Source: Naegleria gruberi | Lineage: Eukaryota | DNA: 2,601 nt | Assembly: GCA_000004985.1 (NCBI GenBank) | Contig: GG739256.1 | Reading direction: 5' to 3' (one strand) | Shown: one piece after another, positions 1 to 2,601 of the stretch | How the letters are laid out: each line of letters starts with the position of its first letter | How positions within the stretch are numbered: the first letter of the stretch is position 1 | Position numbers and translations under genes: made by a program | Notes under the pieces: generated by a model | The model's input: the letters and a program-made list of their open reading frames with translations, nothing else | The model's database searches: none | Told to the model about the DNA's origin: nothing

Positions 1-324
1 AAAGGGTGAGTGGTTTAAATCTCTTCTGACTGATGTTGAAGATGACGATGACGAAGAGGACGATGAAGGAGAGGATGATCTTCCTGTTGTTGTATTCCTT
101 CTTGATGAAGTAGATCTTGATGAAAAAGATGTTTTCTTATTATTATTGTAAGAAGTTGTTGATGATGATGAACCTCGTAAATAGGAATTAATTAGTGAAG
201 ATGAGAACTTATTCACTTGTTGACCAAGTAACTTCGAAGCTGATGATGCATCAACAATGACTTGTTGCTTCTTGGAAAAAATTCCGCAATTGAAAGTGAT
301 TGGGTTGAGAATAAATTTCTTCAT
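1..324 (-). CDS. N-terminal part of a Ser/Thr/Arg/Asn-rich low-complexity protein (3'-partial, continues beyond window start)
   Basis: ATG at complement(322..324) in an A-rich context (aaaaaaATGaag). All 108 codons are open to position 1: MKKFILNPITFNCGIFSKKQQVIVDASSASKLLGQQVNKFSSSLINSYLRGSSSSTTSYNNNKKTSFSSRSTSSRRNTTTGRSSSPSSSSSSSSSTSVRRDLNHSPF. The ATG coincides with a sharp switch to extreme AT-richness at 325. It is absent from the ORF track only because it has no in-window stop. Caveat: the antisense plus frame (2..151) is also open and reads as an acidic D/E tract, so the strand is not certain. Confidence 0.5.
   Translation of the reverse strand, partial: MKKFILNPITFNCGIFSKKQQVIVDASSASKLLGQQVNKFSSSLINSYLRGSSSSTTSYNNNKKTSFSSRSTSSRRNTTTGRSSSPSSSSSSSSSSTSVRRDLNHSPF
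31..78 (-). repeat. imperfect trinucleotide (TCN)n / antisense (GAN)n tract encoding poly-Ser (SSSPSSSSSSSSSTS)
   Basis: On the minus strand 16 consecutive codons are TCA/TCT/TCG/TCC/CCT/ACA. The plus strand shows gatgacgatgacgaagaggacgatgaaggagaggatgat. Shorter (GAT)3 at 161..169 and (TTA)3 at 137..145 lie nearby. Confidence 0.6.
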
Positions 325-544
325 TTTTTTAATATTTTACTTTTTTCAATATATTCCACAAAATAATTGAAAATATTTTCGAAATTATTAAATATTTCAA
401 ATAAATATGAATTGAATTTATAATTTGATTTTTTTTATTGGATAACATCAATAAAAGATTTTTTCGTATTTTCTAAAGATGGAAATTGTCTTTTTTGATA
501 ATTTGTTATATTGGCAGATACTAATCAAAAAAAAATAGATCAAC
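325..544. promoter_or_regulatory. AT-rich intergenic region, putative divergent promoter (for the minus-strand gene starting at 324 and possibly for the plus ORF at 545)
   Basis: The region is much more AT-rich than its flanks. It contains poly(dA:dT) tracts (T7 at 324..330, T6 at 341..346, T8 at 429..436, T6 at 459..464, T6 at 491..496, A9 at 527..535), a TATAAT at 419..424, and GATAA motifs at 441..445 and 497..501. It sits directly 5' of the minus-strand ATG at 324. Confidence 0.5.
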
Positions 545-805
545 ATGATTCGAACGGTTTGCAAGTCAGTATACAACAAACGAATGGTTTCTCATTTGAA
601 AAGATCAATACAAAATAATTCTAAACGAAACTATTGTCAATCACAGTGTAAACTCTTCACACCAATCATTGTGGAGAGTGGATCATGTCTGGAAGGTTTC
701 TTTTCCAATACTAAACTTGAATTTGATATTGAAACTGGACAATTAATATCAGATTATCAAGATCCAAAACAAGTTTCGATTAATGGAACAAGAAATTACG
801 AATGA
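545..805 (+). CDS. hypothetical small protein (86 aa, 7 Cys); coding status doubtful
   Basis: A complete ATG..TGA ORF with A at -3 (atcaacATGa). Its composition is less AT-rich than the adjacent intergenic block and it has no homopolymer runs. I recognise no family motif. It overlaps nothing else, but it is convergent with and only 58 bp from the MFS stop, so it could equally be 3'UTR/intergenic sequence. Confidence 0.25.
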   Translation: MIRTVCKSVYNKRMVSHLKRSIQNNSKRNYCQSQCKLFTPIIVESGSCLEGFFSNTKLEFDIETGQLISDYQDPKQVSINGTRNYE

Positions 806-838
806 GTCATTTAAACACCCGTTGGATTCAGAAATTGA

Positions 839-844
839 TTTATT
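839..844 (-). terminator. AATAAA polyadenylation positioning-element candidate for the MFS gene
   Basis: Plus tttatt at 839..844 is AATAAA on the minus strand, 20 nt downstream of the TAA stop (866..864). A T-rich tttgtttg lies immediately upstream on the minus strand. Confidence 0.35.
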
Positions 845-863
845 CAAACAAATCTAAATCAAA

Positions 864-1397
864 TTATGCATCCTTGCTTTCTGTCAATTGGATATCTTTG
901 GTATCATTTTCCACGTTTCCATTTTGAGTTTCCTCTTCTTTCGTCTGCACATTTTCAACTCCTGCAACACTAATTGCCTTTTTTTCAGCTTCCTTCTTTG
1001 CTTTAGCAACAGCTCTCTTTGCAATAATATTTGGTGAAGTTTCCTCCAACAAGGTCGAATAAATAATAATTCCAATAAAAGAAAATCCAGCAAAAATAAA
1101 CCAAGGAACTGCCTGATTTGTCATTACAACAACAGGAATGAAAAACAATGAGAGAATAATTGAAGTTGACCACATGGCAATCGTGCTGATTGAAGTACCC
1201 AAAACGACAACCTTCTCATTCTCACCCCTAAAAACTTCATATGCCAAAACATAACCAAGTGAACCAACACCAACATGAAAACCTATTAAATACAAACAAT
1301 TGAACAAGAGAGCGAGGGCTACTTTGTAAACTTGTCCATTTTCTCCAAATTGAAAGATGAAACCTTCTGCAAGATCTGTTAAGAAACTGACAGTGAA
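864..1397 (-). CDS. MFS transporter, exon 2 (TM9 C-terminal half through TM12 plus Lys/Glu-rich C-terminal tail), stop TAA at 866..864
   Basis: The frame opens exactly at the acceptor (FTVSFLTDLAEGFIFQF...) and completes a hydrophobic TM9 begun in exon 1 (PLMIFG|FTVSFL...). Downstream motifs match the sugar-porter C-terminal half: GSLGYVLAYEVFRGENEK (cf. GPxPWxxxSExFPxxxR) and LLEETSPN (cf. PETKG...LEE). The track start at 1307..1305 is a TTG, not a true start. Confidence 0.85.
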   Translation of the reverse strand, partial: FTVSFLTDLAEGFIFQFGENGQVYKVALALLFNCLYLIGFHVGVGSLGYVLAYEVFRGENEKVVVLGTSISTIAMWSTSIILSLFFIPVVVMTNQAVPWFIFAGFSFIGIIIYSTLLEETSPNIIAKRAVAKAKKEAEKKAISVAGVENVQTKEEETQNGNVENDTKDIQLTESKDA

Positions 1398-1441
1398 CTA
1401 TTTGCGTATTGTCAATTAGATCTTTTAAATTCAGTACTTAC
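1398..1441 (-). other. spliceosomal intron (44 nt), phase 0, within TM9 of the MFS gene
   Basis: The minus-strand sequence is GTAAGTACTGAATTTAAAAGATCTAATTGACAATACGCAAATAG. It has a canonical GTAAGT donor, a CTAAT (CTRAY) branch-like element 18 nt before the 3' end, and a TAG acceptor. Its length is not a multiple of 3, which exactly accounts for the frame shift between the two large minus ORFs. The unspliced frame hits TGA 10 codons after the donor, and the downstream frame becomes open exactly at the acceptor AG. Confidence 0.8.
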
Positions 1442-2601
1442 CCCAAAGATCATGAGTGGCTTTCTTCCAAACTTATCAACAAGGAACATGGTTGGGAAGA
1501 TGCAAAATAATTGCCATACAGAAACACCTAGTGAAGCCAATTGCTGACCTAATGGATCAGAAACTCCGGCAGCCTCAATTAATGATGGTAAAAACATGAC
1601 TGAACTCTGAATACCTGTCCATTCCATAGCAAAACATCCCCAACAAGCTATAATAAGAGCCTTAATAACTTTGGAGCAGAATAATCTCTTGCAGGCAGCA
1701 ATGGTCGACATGGTTTTCTTCTTAATGGGTGGTTCTTCTGTTATTACTGGCATTTCTATCTCTGTGTTAGCTTCTCCAGATGGTTGTTCTTGTTGTAGTT
1801 TTGGTCTTTCTTGTTCATCAATTGGAGATTCATCTTGTTGAGTTTCAATATCAGCAGCATCTTGTTCTCTTTCCAATACTTCAGAGTCATCAATCGCGTC
1901 ATTATTGACATAGGCAGAACAAACATGAGGAAGAGTCTTTATCTGTTCTTCATCAGTGTTTCCCTCCACCACAGGACGATTTTCTGTTGGATTGGCTGCA
2001 TTTTGATTTGCAATGCCCACCTTTGATTCATCCATCTTTTGCTGATGTTTCTGTTTCAATTCCTCCTCATGATCATGATGACCACCATGAATAAACAATG
2101 GAGATTCAGGAATAATAAAAACAACCAAAACAAAAAGTGGAATGATAAATAAATTGTGGAAAGCATGAACAGCTCTCCACATTTCACTCGAACGAACAAA
2201 GATTGCCCCAAAGGCATATCCCCAACAAGTACCCAAACTAATACCCAAATTGAACATACTTCCCAATAATCCCATATATTTAGGGAATGGCATCAACTCG
2301 ACAACATACACCGAAGAAACTGCAGTGACAATTCCACTTCCAAAACCCAAAATGCATCTAAAGACAATCAATGTAGAATATTGATATGATGCAGCAGCTC
2401 CAATTGATCCAATAATTGAAATTAAACAACTGAGAATGATGGATAACTTTCTACCGAGTACAGATCCTGTAAACATGGCAAACAAACATCCAAACAATCC
2501 ACCAATAAAGATACTACTAGCAAACAATCCCTGTAATATAGTTGTATCAAGATTGAATGAACTATTAGTTGCAGTTTTGGTTGCATTTCCGTTCAGAGAG
2601 T
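1442..2601 (-). CDS. MFS transporter (sugar-porter-like, 12-TM type), exon 1, 5'-partial (continues beyond window end)
   Basis: The frame is open from 2599 down to 1442. The track 'M' at 2527..2525 is a TTG codon, and upstream residues (SLNGNATKTATNSSFNLDTTILQG) continue without a stop and contain NAT and NSS sequons typical of the extracellular TM1-TM2 loop. Hallmark MFS motifs are present: G-x3-G-x-LGRK after TM2, R-x3-GFGSG-x9-Y-x2-E-x2-P in TM4, PESP after TM6, and D-K-F-G-R-K before TM9. Multiple hydrophobic helices are evident. The exon ends with ...LMIFG immediately before GTAAGT. Confidence 0.85.

Noticed and set aside
2-151. Plus-strand acidic frame (…DVEDDDDEEDDEGEDDLPVVVFLLDEVDLDEKDVFLLLL*) as the true coding strand
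   Set aside because: It is shorter, its sequence is implausible (an LLLL hydrophobic end), and it is the mirror image of a Ser-codon tract. The minus frame is open for 324 nt, with a well-placed ATG at the compositional boundary. I keep it only as a caveat.
884-1093. 69-aa minus-strand ORF (K/R/L-rich, MLDFLLLELL...KRKLKMETW)
   Set aside because: It lies entirely inside MFS exon 2 in a different frame. It is a by-product of the AAG/AAA-rich C-terminal tail coding sequence and has no independent support.
1398-1441. Frameshift / pseudogene explanation for the break between the two MFS ORFs
   Set aside because: The break is flanked precisely by GTAAGT and TAG, with a CTAAT branch-like site at the right spacing. 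Removing it restores an intact TM helix and frame. A random frameshift would not give this.
1811-2026. 71-aa plus-strand ORF
   Set aside because: It is antisense to the MFS central-loop coding region, with a hydrophobic and low-complexity composition. It is a chance open frame opposite a real gene.
1305-2527. ORF-track 'M' start codons at 2527..2525 and 1307..1305
   Set aside because: Both are TTG codons translated as Met by a bacterial-style start table. In a eukaryotic spliced gene they are internal Leu codons, and the real reading frames extend upstream of them.
1-2601. Prokaryotic interpretation (operon, RBS, defence island, CRISPR, IS element)
   Set aside because: The sequence has a canonical spliceosomal intron and A-rich Kozak-type start contexts. 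It has AT-rich intergenic sequence with poly(dA:dT) tracts and eukaryote-type low-complexity Ser/Gln/Asn-rich coding. No repeat-spacer arrays, inverted terminal repeats or Shine-Dalgarno patterns are present.

Overview
This is an AT-rich eukaryotic window, most likely from an ascomycete yeast or another compact lower-eukaryote genome, and it is not prokaryotic. No rRNA, tRNA, CRISPR array, transposon end or long repeat is visible.

- **Transporter gene (main feature).** Most of the window is the 3' roughly 90% of a minus-strand major-facilitator-superfamily (MFS), sugar-porter-like transporter gene. The two large minus-strand ORFs in the track (1412..2527 and 864..1307) are one gene joined by a 44-nt spliceosomal intron at 1398..1441. 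The intron has a GTAAGT donor, a CTAAT branch site and a TAG acceptor, and it is phase 0. The gene runs off the right edge: TM1 and the N-terminus are missing, and the first visible residues are the glycosylatable TM1-TM2 loop.
- **Unusual central loop.** The transporter has a long acidic, Gln-rich central loop of about 140 aa that opens with an HGGHHDH histidine cluster.
- **Hidden edge ORF.** At the left edge a minus-strand ORF starts at the ATG at 324..322 (complement), in a strong A-rich context, and is open down to position 1. It encodes a Ser/Thr/Arg/Asn-rich low-complexity N-terminus. The ORF track misses it because it has no in-window stop. Its antisense reads as an Asp/Glu-rich frame, so strand assignment is not fully certain.
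- **Intergenic region.** Between the two genes lies a 220-bp, extremely AT-rich promoter-like region (325..544) with poly(dA:dT) tracts, then a doubtful 86-aa ORF (545..805) convergent with the transporter 3' end.
- **ORF-track artefacts.** The 'M' starts in the track for the two transporter ORFs are TTG codons, so the real reading frames extend beyond them.
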